From positions 7,442,001-7,506,000 of the forward strand of contig CM075997.1 of assembly GCA_038087875.1 (NCBI GenBank): DNA of 64,000 bases, given 5' to 3'. This document shows positions 41,631 through 55,040 of this stretch, in pieces; position 1 is the first letter of the stretch, and each line of letters opens with the position of its first letter. The translations under genes were made by a program, and so were the position numbers. Origin of the DNA: Malacoraja senta. Lineage: Eukaryota. Below the pieces are notes generated by a model. The model was not told the DNA's origin and ran no database searches. It saw only the letters and a list, made by a program, of their open reading frames with translations.

Positions 41631-42832
41631 TTACTCATAACACAAGCACATTTTATATCTAGCATATCCTTTATTGTGACAATGCAAATCACAATGACAA
41701 ACTTAAAGGAAAAAAACATACAGAAACTTTTTTTTTTAACCAGCAAACCCGAATATTTAAAGCAAATAGAAACATATTGAATGAGCTAATTTGCAGCCTG
41801 GAGTACGATCCAACCATTCCAGTGATTTAGGGTAGACAAAAATGCTGGAGAAACTCAGCGGGTGAGGCAGCATCTATGGAGCGAAGGAATAGCCAACGTT
41901 CGGGTCGAGACCCTTAGTTTCACTGAGTTTCTGCAGCATTTTTGTCTACCTTCGATTTTTCCAGCATCTGCAGTGATTTCTTAAACATTCCAGTGATTTA
42001 CGTGACGTAAAAGTACTTCTGAAGTAGACGAAATGTTTAAGAAAGAACTGTAGATGCGGGAAAAATCGAAGGTAGACAAAAATGCTGGAGAAACTCAGCG
42101 GGTGAGGCAGCACCTATGGAGAGAAGGAATAGGTAATGTTTCTCCAGCATTTTTGTCTACCTTCTGGAGTAGAAATACTTTGGCTTTATTACTTGGTACC
42201 ATTGGCCATCCATATGTATATTACATTGATGAGGCCACAATAGGAGCATAGCATTCAGCATTGTTCACCCTGCTATATGAAAGATTTTGTTAAGATGGAT
42301 AGAGTGCAGAGAAGATTTAGGAGGATGTTGCCAGGATTTGAGGGCCTGAGCTCAAGGGAGAGGTTGGGCATGCTACGACTTTATTCCTTGGAGTGAAGGA
42401 GGATCAGAGGTGTATAAGATCATGAAGAGAATCGATAGATTAGATGCACAGAGTGTTTTACCCAGAGTAGGGGAATCAAGAACATAAATTTAACATGAGA
42501 GGAGAATAATTTAATAGGAATCTGAGGGCAATTTTTTCACACAGGTGGTGGTGGGTCTATGGAACGAGTAGCCAGAGGAGGTCATTGCGGCACGTACTAT
42601 AACAACATTTAAAAGACATTTGGACAGACACATGGACAGGAAAGGTTTAGAGGGATATGGGCCAAATGTGGGCAGGTGGGACTCGTATGGATGGGGCAGC
42701 TTGGTGGGCATGGGAAAGTTGGGCCGAAGGGCCTGTTTCTGTGCTGTATGACTATGACTCTTTGTTTCATGAAGCTAAAGGTTTTATTCCCGATATCTTT
42801 GTAAAAACCATATTTGCACATTTTTTTCGCAG

Positions 42833-42896
42833 TATTTTACCCCTTCTTTTTAATTCAAGATATGGTGACTGGGGACTCTGATCGATTTCTTGGCAG
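42833..42896 (+). CDS. CATSPERG: CATSPERG exon
   Basis: tcgcag|...|gtaggt; phase 1-2; LFYPFFLIQDMVTGDSDRFLG. Confidence 0.95.
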
Positions 42897-42999
42897 GTAG
42901 GTGTAAAAATAAATTGTGATTGAATATCCCTCGTTTTAAGCACAAAAACCTTTAACAAAAAAATGACATGAAAAACATACGTGTGCTTTAATTTCCTAG

Positions 43000-43098
43000 A
43001 TATACGTTTAAAGTAATTGGAGGTGGACCATATAAAAAAAACAACATTGAATACTTCACTCAACAGGAAGTTCTGTTGTATAACTCAGTGAATTACAG
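43000..43098 (+). CDS. CATSPERG: CATSPERG exon
   Basis: ttcctag|...|gtacta; phase 2-2; RYTFKVIGGGPYKKNNIEYFTQQEVLLYNSVNY. Confidence 0.9.
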
Positions 43099-43110
43099 GT
43101 ACTAATACCA

Positions 43111-44295
43111 TCTATATTACTAAAAGTCTGATCTTGACCATGTTATTCTGTTTCATGATTTTAGAAAAAACGCTGCCACTTACGGCTGTGATTTTTGGCC
43201 ATCTTACTCAGAGTCCCCCTCCGCTGCGCAGGACAAGAGGATTTTTCCCATCGATGAAAAATAAAAGAGTTATTAATGTTTAAAGAATGTTGAGATTCTC
43301 TCTGCTGCCCCTGCTGGTGGGAAGGGGGAGGGACTATAAAACCCGGAAGTGTTGTGCCTCAGTCAGGCTCTGCAAGATGGAGGAAGCGAGAGGGTCACCT
43401 TTCTCGGAGCTGTGAATAACACTGAACACATGTCTACTCTACTGTGAGTACCCTTAATGTGGTTTGAAAATGAAAATATGGTTGCTTTGAAATGCTGCAC
43501 TGCAAATGGTTGTTGGTGGTGGTGGTTGCTTTGAAACGCTGCGCTGTAAATGGTTGTTGGTGGTGGTTGCTTTGAAATGCTGCACTGCAAATGGTTGTTG
43601 GTTGCTTTGAAATGCTGCACTGCAAATGGTTGTTGGTGGCTTTGAAATGCTGCACTGCAAATGGTTGTTGGTGGCTTTGAAATGCTGCACTGCAAATGGT
43701 TGTTGGTGGCTTTGAAATGCTGCACTGCAAATGGTTGTTGGTGGGGGTTGGTTTGAAATGCTGCACTGCAAATGGTTGTTGGTGGGGGTTGCTTTGAAAT
43801 GCTGCACTGCAAATGGTTGTTGGTGGTGGCCTTGCACCCTGCATGAAGTGGCATGAAACCGCACTAGCGTTCGGTGGCCCAACACCCTGCTTGAAGTGGC
43901 ATGAAACCGCACCTGAGCGGTGGCCCTGCACCCTGCTAGAAGTGGCATGAAACTGCACTTGAATTCGGTGGCCTTGCACCCTGCTTGAAATGGAATTTCA
44001 AGGAATAGCCGTGAGTCAACTGCCAGCCCACCAGCCGTGAGTGAGCTGCCAGCACATCAGGCTTGAGTGACTGAGCTGCCAACCCAAGAATCCATTTGGC
44101 CAACAATTTCCATACTAGCCCTCTGGAAACCAATCCCTTCAGCCCACAATACCCATACTAGCGCTCCAGAAAGTGCCCCCCCCTCCCCCCCCCCACTGGC
44201 CACCAATATTGGAATTGGTGGAGAGGTGGAATATTGCATTGGGGGACCAGCCCTCCCGTGTGAACATGGGACCCAACGGGTCCCACTTAGTCTAG
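43111..44295 (+). mobile_element. Non-autonomous Helitron
   Basis: A|TC 5' end; CTAG|T 3' end; GC hairpin tgggacccaacgggtccca at 44267-44285; no TSD; internal minisatellites. Confidence 0.85.
43480..43992. repeat. Two adjacent minisatellites inside the Helitron
   Basis: About nine 31-43 bp units of gctttgaaatgctgcactgcaaatggttgttggtg, then about four units of roughly 47 bp (caccctgc.tgaagtggcatgaaaccgcact). Confidence 0.92.
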
Positions 44296-44774
44296 TACTA
44301 TATATAAGAACATTTCCAATATGTACAATACATCATTTCCTTAAAACATGTACACTCCTGCAATTTAGTTTAGAGGTACAGCGCGGAAACAGGCCCTTCA
44401 GCCCACCGAATCCGCTCTGACCAGTGATCCCCGCACATTAACACTATCCTACACCCACTAGGGACAATTTACACATACACCGAGCCAATTAACCTACATA
44501 CCTGTACCTGGGAGGAAACCAAAGATCTTGGAGAAAACCCACGCAGATCACGGGGAGAACGTACAAACTCCGTACAGACAGCACCCGTAGTCGGGATCGG
44601 ACCCGGGTCTCCGGCGCTGCAAGCGCTGTAAGGCAACAACTCTACCGCTGCGTTGCCATGCCACCCAATTGTATTCAGATAAACAAGACACCCCACACCC
44701 ACACGGAATAAAAAGTACTTCATGAACCTGTATGATGTGTGTGGACAAGATTAATTCATTTTTTACTTTGCCAG

Positions 44775-44879
44775 GAAACGATACACATCAATATGGACAA
44801 CTGCAGAAGAAAAGCCAGGTGTTGAATATTATACAGGCCAAGGCTTCCTTATTTTCCGAAGTGATACCTTTGGAATTCG
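44775..44879 (+). CDS. CATSPERG: CATSPERG exon
   Basis: tttgccag|...|gtgagt; phase 2-2; RKRYTSIWTTAEEKPGVEYYTGQGFLIFRSDTFGI. Confidence 0.88.
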
Positions 44880-44964
44880 GTGAGTGGGGCTAATGGCTAG
44901 TGCAACCTTAAATAAGCTCGGAACTACAGAGACTGTTACTGTTATTATTGCACTATTATTTGTG

Positions 44965-45235
44965 TATACACACGCACACACACACACGTATACACATGTA
45001 CACATTAAAAAATATATATATATATATATGTATATACACACCTACACACATATATATGATATATATACGATATATATACGATATATATATATAAATATAT
45101 ACACACAAATATATATATATAAATATATACACACAAATATATATATATAAATATATACACACATACACACACATATGTTTAAGATATATAGATATATGAT
45201 CTTAGATATGTACATATGAGTATGTGTATATATAC
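44965..45235. repeat. (TA)n/(CA)n low-complexity tract
   Basis: Directly visible. Confidence 0.9.
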
Positions 45236-46414
45236 AGCTACCAAACTTTTTTTTTCTCGTTTATTATATTGTTTACAGTGTACTATGTTTACATATTGTG
45301 TTGTGCTGCTGCAAGTAAGAATTTCATTGTTCTATCTGGGACATATGACAATAAAACACTCTTGACTTGAATATCAACTGGTTCTCCTACATTTCACATT
45401 TGTCCACTTAATTGGCCTGTCGCACTTAGGCGATTTTTCAGGCGACTGCTGGCGACTGTCAAGTTCCTTGTCAAGGCGACATCGCTTCCTTCCTTCTTTA
45501 TGCAGGCGGGGGGAAGTTAATTGCCTTCGGTAAAATTGTAAATTGTCTCAAGAGTGTAGAATAGTATTGGTGAACGGGGTGATTGTTGGTTGGCATGGAC
45601 TCAGTGGGCTGAAGGGCCTGTTTCCGCACCCTATCTCCAAAGGAAAATCAAGTCAAGTCAAGTCAAGTGAGTTTATTGTCATGTGTCCCTGGTAGGACAA
45701 TGAAATTCTTGCTTTGCTTGAGCACAACAGAACATAGTAGGCATTTACTACAAGGCATTCTATAAATATATACACAATGGTCAATATACTGATAAAGTGC
45801 AAATAACAGTATTGGCTAGTAAAGTTCAGTGTTATGTCCGAGCCAGGTTTAATAGCCTGATGGCTGTGGGGAAGTAGCTGTTCCTGAACCTGGTCGTTGC
45901 AGTCTTACGCTACTTACCCTGCAAAATAACAGGGTAAGTAGGACTTATCGGAATGCTCCTACAACTGAGAAAGAACTTGCTGGGAACGCGGTGCAGCGGG
46001 TAGAGCTGCTGCCTCACAGTACCAGAGACCTGTGTTTGATCCTGAACTCGGGTGCTGTCTGTGTGGTGGTGTTTGCACGTTCTCCCTGTGACCGTGTGGA
46101 TTTCCTCCAGGTGCTCTGGCTTCCTCCCACACCCCAAAACCTGTTAATGGCCCACTGTAACAATTGTCCCTGCGTAGTGAGTGGATGAGAAAGTGGGATT
46201 ACATAGAGCTAGCTAGCACAAATGGATGATCGATGGTTGCTACCGACTTCGTGAGAAGAAGGGCCTGTTTCCATACTGTATTTTTTAACGTAAACATTTT
46301 CTCTTTCATATATAAACTGGGAAAAGTTCTAAAGGATTCTGTCCATTTCCCATTCTCCAATGCAAGAAATTTCCTCTTTCATATATAAAATATTTGTATT
46401 GATATTATACACTG

Positions 46415-47018
46415 AGTAGCGGTTGTGTGGAAAGCCCGGAATGAAGGCGAGGAGCCAGGTGAATTCTGTAAAGGCTTTAATTAGTACAGCTCACTACTCT
46501 CTGCTTCAGTGCCGCTCCGACCAAAGATACTAGAGGCTCCTCTAGTATTTTTGACTCCGACTGCCCCTGCTCTTATACTCGTAGCTGGCCCCCGACCCCG
46601 GACCAGTCCATTAAGTGCCGAGGGGGGGTGAACCAGAGAGTAGCCTTCTTCCCAGGAACCGCCACAACTGATTGTTATCACAACCTGTCCATTTTCTATA
46701 CTTCTCTCAGGTGAGAGTCTTGGATGTTCATGTTTTTCCCATCTATCATGGTTGGTATGATTCATGGCAAGCATATTACATGTCTTCCATATATATATAG
46801 GCTCTTTTAGTGGTCTGATAAACGACTCCTGGAGTTTTCAACAATACTTTATTCGAAAGTTCAAGTTGCAGCATACAGGTTTAACAGACACGTCTGGCCA
46901 CATCGGTGGTCAGCGCAAGGGAAAAACCACGCGAAAACAACAGCCCCTCCCGAGTCATGTGACCGCGGCTTCCGAACACCGGGTTCGATATCTGCGTGCG
47001 CTAGCAGGTGCCGCTACA
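46415..47018. mobile_element. Probable solo LTR
   Basis: (A)GTAGCGG...CCGCTACA termini; shares a motif with the LTR at 55317; no clear TSD. Confidence 0.5.
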
Positions 47019-47479
47019 CTCTCATATTAATCAAAAGGTGGGAACTATACAATCAAGTTTTATGTACATTTTATCTAATGAGTATGGCAGAGCTCTTGGA
47101 CTATCATGCTTCCCATTTTTTTGTCTCCACCATCTAATGCAATTAAGATGGTTCATTCTGCAGTCATTTTACCATTTCTAATCGACAAACCTAACCTAAT
47201 ATCGTCAAAGGGACCATCAACATTATCAATAGGCCAACTGGTAACAGAGGGTAGGAGAAACTTGGAGGAATCATATTCTAGTGAAAGGAGATGTCTGTGG
47301 CTTCCCCACAGCCTTCACACGACATCAAACAAACTCTGAACTATAACAGCCTATTGCACTTTATCTGTTTATTTATGTGTATATATATGGTCTATGGTAT
47401 ATAGACACACTGATCTGTTCTGTATTTATGCTTACAATACTCTGTTGTGCTGCAGCAAGCAAGAATTTCATTGTCCTTT

Positions 47480-47705
47480 AGGGCCTGTCCCATTTTCACG
47501 ACCTAATTCACAACCTTTTTTACTCGTGGACATTTTTCATCAGGCTAGAAAAACGCCCCGACCTACTTGATGCCACGAGTACCTACGACTAGCATCGCGA
47601 CCTACCTATGACCGACCTACGACCTCCTACGACCTCGTGACGACCATGCTGCGAGTATCAGTCAAGGGCAAACTCGACAGAGGTCGTGAAAGTGGGACAG
47701 GCCCT
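47480..47705. mobile_element. PIF/Harbinger-like MITE
   Basis: TIRs; interrupts a Rex1-type 3' tail (cattgtcc...tatctgggac). Confidence 0.8.
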
Positions 47706-47811
47706 TATCTGGGACACATGACAATAAACTCTCTTGACTCTAGAACCAAGTGTAAATGTGATCGGATATAAAATTAACCTTGTTGAGCTTTGTGATATAT
47801 TTTTGGTCTAG

Positions 47812-47904
47812 GTGGATTTGCCAAAAGAATTCGCCTTGCAATGATGTGCCGGCACAAGGACTTAAAGGACCAGAATATTTTTTTGTCATTGAGGTATCTA
47901 ATAG
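47812..47904 (+). CDS. CATSPERG: CATSPERG exon
   Basis: gtctag|...|gtaaga; phase 2-2; RWICQKNSPCNDVPAQGLKGPEYFFVIEVSN (mammalian WLCLENAPCYDNVPQG..PEFFF..VSN). Confidence 0.93.
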
Positions 47905-48044
47905 GTAAGAAATTAAGAATTACTTTGAAATGAAATGGCATACTGTTCAAGAAATGTGATACTTTTAGCTGATCAATTAAGGTGATGTTTTGACAAAGGT
48001 GATTTTACTGGTAGATGACACATTGCTGGAGTAACATAGTAGGT

Positions 48045-48525
48045 TGGTTACCTAGAATTGGAGAAATCAATATTGATACTATTGGGTTGTAAGCTATCCA
48101 AGTGGAAAATGAGATAATGTTCTGCCAGTTTGGTAATGGCCTCACTCTGGCAATGAAGGAGGCCCAGGACAGAAAGGTCAGTGTGGGAATGGGAAAGGGA
48201 GTTAAAATGTGGAGTTAAACAGATCCAGTAGGCCTTGGAGTAATTGAGCAGATGTTCGGTGAAATTGTCGCCTGGTCTACACTTGGTCTTGCTGAGATAA
48301 AAGAAGCCACATCAGTAGCAGCGAATGCAGTAGATGAGGTTAGAGGAAGTGTGTGTGAAGCTCATGTCTTATCTGGAACGTCTGCTGGGGTCCCTGGATG
48401 GATGTGAGGAAGGAGGTATAGGGACAGGCGCTATATCTCTTGTACCTGCCAAGGGGGGGTTTGGAAGAGAATGGATGCGTGAACCAAGGAGTTGTGGAAA
48501 GAGTGGTTTCCACAGAAATGGTTGG
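48045..48525 (-). mobile_element. Degenerate Penelope-like GIY-YIG region
   Basis: Reverse-complement similarity to 57600-57930; shorter relatives at 5290-5435(-), 18620-19145, 39930-40775, 56045-56415. Confidence 0.75.
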
Positions 48526-50234
48526 GGATGGTAAAGCAGTTACCGGAATTTGTTGGGTGAAGAGGCTTTCAAAGCAGAAGGCAGCTGTATCACAGATGCC
48601 AATATTATAGGAACGGATAAAGGAATATGCATGGAAAATAAGATACATTTGGACAAAAGTTCATTCTACGAAGGTACTATCAAATGTTTGTGCTTGAGTT
48701 ACTGGGAATAGGCAAGATAGAAATCCAGGTATAAAACACAATTTCATGGGATGGTCTGCGGATATGTAGGATAACTTTAAAACCAGGTGATGGTGGAAAA
48801 CAAACAAAAGGAAATTATTTTATATTCAGTTCAGTGGAAGAGGTAATTTGTATAAACTGACAAGTTTGATAGTATGACAGGTATTGATATAAACTCAAAA
48901 ATGCTGGAGTAACCAGGCTCTCTGGAGAAAAGGAATAGGTGACGTTTCAGGTCAAGACCCACCTTCAGTCTGAAGAAGGGCCTCGACCTGAAATGTCACC
49001 TATTCCTTTTCTCCAGAGATGCTGCCTGACCCGTTGAGTTACTCCAGCATTTTGTGTATATCCTCGGTGTAACCCAGCATCTGCAGTTCCTTCCTACACA
49101 GATAATTATATAATTGTGTAAGGAAATAATTGTTTCCAAGTCTGAAGAAGGGTCTCAACCTAAAATGTCACCCATTCCTTCTCTCCAGAGATGCTGCTTG
49201 TCCCACTGAGTTACTCCAGCATTTTGTGTCTGTCTTCATTAATATAATTGTGTTTTATATATAATTGTGCAAAGATAATCACCTTAATGGTGAAAACTAT
49301 CTTCATCACCTGTCAGTTTCTTATACCCTAGAGGGTGTTTTTCTCTATAAGATTCGTTGAACTAATTTTCTCAGCTGCCTTCATCTCAACTATTTACACA
49401 CTGTCGCTAATAAATCTGAAAACTTGGAAATGCTTCTCTGATTGACTCAAGCTCTTGTCAGATCTGCCATTCCTTCAGTGTTTTCTCCTTTCATTCTTGT
49501 TATTCAGTTCGTTAAATAACTCATTTTGACTAATTTCTTTTCTACGATGAAAGCTGCCTGTATTGGATGTTTCTCTCTCTCCTTCCCCACCCTTCTCTCC
49601 AGAGATGCTGCCTGACCCGCTGAGTTACTCCAACTTTATGTGTCTATCTTCGGTTCAAACCAGCATCTACAGTTCCTTCCTACACATATTGTGTCCTCCC
49701 CTACCCAAGTTCTCCTGCTAATTTATCTGTCCTCCTGATTAATGTTATCGTTTGTGTGCCTCATTGTCACCTTCCTCTAAGCCAACTATGAACCATTCTA
49801 TATTTCCTTGAACATCATCTGCTTTGATCTGTCTTTTTCACACCTTATATGCTCGTTGTAGCCTTCTATATCTCGTTTCCCTCTCCCCTGCCTCTCAGTC
49901 TGAAGAAGGGTCTCGATCTGAAACTTACTCCTATTCGTTCTCTCCAGAGATGCTGCCTGTCCCGCTGAGTTACTCCAACATTTTGTGTCTATCTTGGATG
50001 TTTCAAATATGGTCCACTTCATTATTGTTGTATTTGGTATCTGTAATCTTATTTTTGATTTGACTAGCTGGTACTGATTGCAAACATTCTCTGCTGGTGG
50101 TTCCAGCAAAGGGCTTGGAACATTTCGAGATATAATTGCTCTTTCAGTGCATAACATTTACATGAGTTACCGATCATCAAAGTGAACACCTCAAAGCCTG
50201 TTGCAAATTCAAACTGGTTGTAATGTGATTGCAG

Positions 50235-50334
50235 GGGGATTGATACAAGTACATACTGTGACTACAGACTGGAGTTTATAATACATTTGCATGGTTTACC
50301 TCTCAACCCTCATCGAGGACTTCTCTTTATGCTG
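50235..50334 (+). CDS. CATSPERG: CATSPERG exon
   Basis: ttgcag|...|gtaagt; phase 2-0; RGIDTSTYCDYRLEFIIHLHGLPLNPHRGLLFML. Confidence 0.95.
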
Positions 50335-52034
50335 GTAAGTAGCAGAAATTGTATTGGTTGGCTATTCAAAGAAGGGTCTCGACCCGAAACATCACCTATT
50401 CCTATTCTCCAGAGAAGCAGCCTGACGTGCTGAGTTACTCAGCTTTTTGTGTTTGGCTTCTAACTCAAATTTCATATGTGAAAATGTACAAGATATTAAT
50501 AAAACAGTGAAATAAAACAGAAAATACCAAAAAATGATGAGCAGGCCATGCATTATATGTGGAAAGAGAAACAATCATAGTTTGCGACTTTAAGACTTTA
50601 GAATTTAGAAATACAGCGTGTTAAAAGGCCTTTCAGCGCACAGAGTCTGCGCCGAACAGCGATCACCCCGTACACTAGCACTATCCGACACACTAGGGAC
50701 CATTTACAATTTTACGAAAGCCAATTAACCTCCACACCGTACATCTTTGGAATGTGGGAGGAAACCAGAGCACCCGGAGAAAACCCACGCGGTCACAGGA
50801 AGAATGTACAAAGTCCGTACAGACAGCACCCGTAGTCAGGATCAAACCTGGGTCTCCAGCGGTGTAAGGCAGCAACTCTACCGCTGCACTAGTGTGCCGC
50901 CCCAGGTTTTAGGTTGATCACTTTCCACAAGCCCTAAAATTCTAACCAACTTTCTCCTCACAAATCCTTTCTTTGTGTAGGCTGGAAATGTTTTTGACCG
51001 GTGAGGCAGAAGTGTATATGCAATATCTGACTGTTGTCTACAATAACAGTAGATTACTGTCACTGCATTGTTCAGTGGTTATGCTTAATTCAGCTCTTAA
51101 ATCCTAGAATGGCCTTAAAAAAGACACGAAACATCGTAGTAAAATTATTTGGGATTTTATCAGGTAATAACAATGAAACAATTTGTGACTGCCATAAATT
51201 ATTGGCAGCTTTGAGATTTCCTCACAAGTATATTTATGAACATCATTCTAGATCTACTGTAAGCGCCAGAGACCGGGTTTGATCCTGACTGCGGGTGCTG
51301 TCTTTACGGGGTTTATACATTCCCCGGGACCTGCGTGGGTTTTCTCTGGGTGCTCTGGTTTCCTCCCACTCTCCAAAGACATAAGTTAATTGGCTTGGTA
51401 AAGATTGTAAAATTGTCCCTAGTGTTGTGTGGAGATCGCTGGTCGGTACGGATTTGGCGTGTCTTAGAGGCTATTTCTGCGCTGTATCTCTAAACCAAAC
51501 TAAACTAAAAGGTCGCTGCTGGGCAGCAAGGTATCCTCCTGTGCAGATTCTTCATAGTGTTCAGCTTGGGAGGAAAGAATTTGGCTGAATGTGTTAAACC
51601 TGGCGGTGCTGGCTCGAAGGGCTGAATGGCCTACTCCTGCACCTATTGTGTATTGTCTATTAGCGGAGTCAGGGGATGTGGGGAGAAGGCAGGAACGGGT
51701 TATTGATTAGGAATGATAAGCCATGATCACAATGAATGGCGGTGCTGGCTTGAAGGGCTGAATGGCCTACTCCTGCACCTAGTGTCTATTTTCTATTGCC
51801 TAAACTTCCATTTCTCACTCATCTGAAAATTCTGTGCCATGCGGGGAAATACAAGGAAAATTCTCCTTTGACCGAGTCCAAAGGAACTGGTGCAAGGGCC
51901 TCAGATTGAGATTTCAGATAGACAAATAACTTAATATTCTTTATAATCTTATCAAGATTTTCTAAATCTCTTGCTGCTTGTAAATTTAGATTTTTAAATA
52001 ATATTTATTGATGTTTACAATACCTTGCTGCAAC

Positions 52035-52270
52035 TCCAGCCATGTTTTCACCACCCCCTCCGAACTTCCTTACTCTAATGCTGAGCGGTTTGTCCTAAGC
52101 AGTGGCCTCACTTTTACACCAGGCCTCAACAAGTTCCAGGCCTGTTGTGATGTTGTGCTCTTATTCTGCTGACTCTGCCTCCGTCTCCATGCCTATTTCT
52201 GTGGCAAGGACTCCTTGCCCCCCCCCCCCCCCCCCAGTAATGAACCTTTCTCATATCTCCAACACTCTTA
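52035..52270 (+). mobile_element. Possible Penelope-like ORF N-terminal remnant
   Basis: Decayed VFT.PSELPYSNAERFVLSSGLTF resembles the LS..E..VL.KGL.F.P start of PLE ORFs. Confidence 0.5.
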
Positions 52271-53414
52271 GAAACATAGAAAATAGGTGCAGGAGTCGGC
52301 CCTTCGGCCCTGCGGTCCAGCACCACTATTCAATATGCTCATGGCTGATCATCCAGAATCAGTACCCCGTTCCTGCTTTCTTCCCATCCATTGATGCCTT
52401 TTGCCCTAAGAGCTAAATCTAACTCTTTCTTGAAAACATCCAGTGAATTGGCCTCCACTGCCTTCTGTGGCAGAGAATCCCACAGATTCACAACTCTCTG
52501 GGTGAAAAAGTTTTTCCTCATCTCAGTCCTAAATGGCCGGCCCCTTATTCTTACACTGTGACCCCTGGTTCCATTTAGTTTATCTTGGCATTGTGTTTAC
52601 TGTGTACTCTGTGGACCAAAGGGCCGGCTCCTGTGCTGTAACGTTCTATGTTCCAGATTCTAAGTTTGAACAGCACCGAGGTTTCAGGGAATGAAATACT
52701 TTATTGTCACCTGAGACTTTGCTTGCATACCCAATGTATACAAATAACGGCCAACTACGGCGCTGACAAAGTTACAAAGCACGCCAGCTCCTCGTTTTGT
52801 TTTCAGCCCCCCCCCCCCAACAGTTCCCCGCACCGGGTCCCCATTGTCCTTAGTTCTCCCTCCCCAATTGTCCATTGTTCCTCCCCTCCCCCTCCCCCTA
52901 CCTCACGACGGTCCTCCATGCTCTCATTGACTGCGAGGCGTCACCACAGCCGAGGCTCCATCGTCGCGAGGCTTCACCGCTGCCGCCGCCGAGGCCTCAC
53001 CACTGCCGACGCCCCACTTCACGCCTCCGTGGTGCCGACCCGGGCCCCAGCCGTGGGCTTTATGGGCCGCTCCTCTGACCCCGCGAGGCCCAGCTCCTCC
53101 GTCCGTCCGACCTGCGAGACCCCGGCCCGGGCTTCCACGCCGCAATCCGGGAGGCATTAAGGCTGCGGCGCCTCGATAAAGGCCTCCGGCTGAGTTCCCA
53201 GTCCACAGGTGCGGCCTGGCGGGATTCCGTCGATGGGAATGTATTTCGATGGGAATGGGGTTCATAAGCAAAATCAAATTCTGCACAAACTTTGTTATTT
53301 CATTGCTTTTACAATATCCTGAAGTGAATGGGCATGGCATTAAGTAATTAAGTAATGCCTTTCCCTCTTATTTGTGTGGCTTTAACTAAGTAACATACCT
53401 TTATTTTTGTTTAG

Positions 53415-53541
53415 GTTACATTGTCCATATTGTGGTTTATCCTCATTTCTTACGTTTTCTATCGCTGTTACTTAAGTTGGATGCAAAGGAAAGTTAAAGC
53501 AGCAGCAACAATTGACCCAATGATTCTGCCTTCTCGCTCAT
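53415..53541 (+). CDS. CATSPERG: CATSPERG exon encoding the C-terminal transmembrane helix; 3' boundary uncertain
   Basis: tttgtttag|; VTLSILWFILISYVFYRCYLSWMQRKVKAAATIDPMILPSRS (hydrophobic helix, then basic residues); donor gtatgt at 53542, or read-through to TAA at 53565-53567. Confidence 0.82.
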
Positions 53542-54578
53542 GTATGTATCTTATATCTAGTGGTTAAACATTTAATTGTATAGAACAAGCTTCTTATGTA
53601 CAATGGGTCGTCAGTTGTGTGAATTTATTATTGCTGTTAGCTCGTAGTCTCGCAGGTCGGACGTAGATGATTGCATTCATGTAAACTTGTGAAACTGAGT
53701 TGTGTGGTTAATCCTAAGTGGATATAAACCAAGAACCCTACGTTCTTTTATAAGTTCATGTTCGTAAGTCATGGGAGCAGAATTAGGCCATTTGGCCTGT
53801 CTAGGCCAGTCTACACCGCCATTCAATCATGGCTGATCTGTCTTTCCCTCTCAACTCCATTCTCCTGCCTTCTCCCCATAACCTTTGACACCCTTTGTTA
53901 ATGAAGATTCCGTCAATCTTCCCTTTAAAACTAACCACTGACGGCCTCCTCAGCCGTCCATGGCGATGAATTCCGCAGATTCACCACACTCTGAATGAAG
54001 ATATTCCTCCTCATCTCCTTCTCCCACCCTACACTTGATCAGCCCTGCCTTTCCAAGCATAGATACATGCTGTGCCTGAGAATTCTCTTTATTAATCTCC
54101 CTAACGTTGACATCCGACTCTGCAATCTAGCTTATCACTGCCACCTTTCTTGAATAGCGTAACAACATTAGTTATCTTCCAATGTTCTGATACCTTGCCT
54201 GGGGCTAATGAAGATGTGAACATTTACATCTGGGCTATCTCCTTCCTTGCTTCCCATAGCTCCTGAAATAGACCTCATCAAGCCCTGGGATTTATCTCAC
54301 CTTATGCATTTCAAGACATCTAAACCTCCACCTTATTCATTCTTGCACACTCCAGATTATCACCGTATCTTTCTGTAAACACACTATCTTCCACCCTTCT
54401 CCTTGGTGAATACAGTTGAGAGATATAACTCATTATCACCAAGCCCACAGCCAACAGATGGCCTGTTTCCTTGATTATCATTACTTTTATGCATATATCT
54501 TTCCTTCATTTGTTCTATATCTATTTCATCGTCCATATCTCTCCTTTCCCTTTACCCTGGCTCTCAATCTGAAGAAGG

Positions 54579-55036
54579 CCTCTTCGGATCATTGACCTTG
54601 TCGTGGTGAAGAGGCTCGCGTGACCCAATGATTCCGAGAGCTATGCCGTCGGAAGCACCAGATTCTGGTAGGGACACCCATGGCAGTAAGGTCGAGGATA
54701 AGGGTCCAACGATCCAACCTACAAGACCTCAACGGTGAACCAGGCGGATGAAGTTATCTTGAACTCAACGGCTGTGAAGGCGGATGAAGGCTGCAACAGA
54801 TCTATCAGCTCCAATCGTCTTGGTTCCCTTGCCATTGGAATGAGTTGATTGATTTGTGAAGGACCGTGTGCTTCTTGGAGTACAACATCAAGTACACGTT
54901 AAACACACACACGCACAGGCGTCTTCGTTCTGTGAGCTGCAAAACCAGGATTGGACTCATAAACCACCTGAGAGTCCATAAAAACAACAGAACGTAGACC
55001 ATCATCCTCGACCTCGAGGGATAGCCACGACGATGA
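54579..55036 (+). mobile_element. Bipartite RTE/BovB-like non-autonomous element
   Basis: RTE-type 5' end plus CKTRIGLINHLRVH 3' end; 14-bp TSD caatctgaagaagg. Confidence 0.75.
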
Positions 55037-55040
55037 CAAT

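Noticed and set aside
43363..43979. Repeat array as CRISPR or repeat protein
   Set aside because: Head-to-tail units with no unique spacers, no cas genes, eukaryotic context, inside a Helitron
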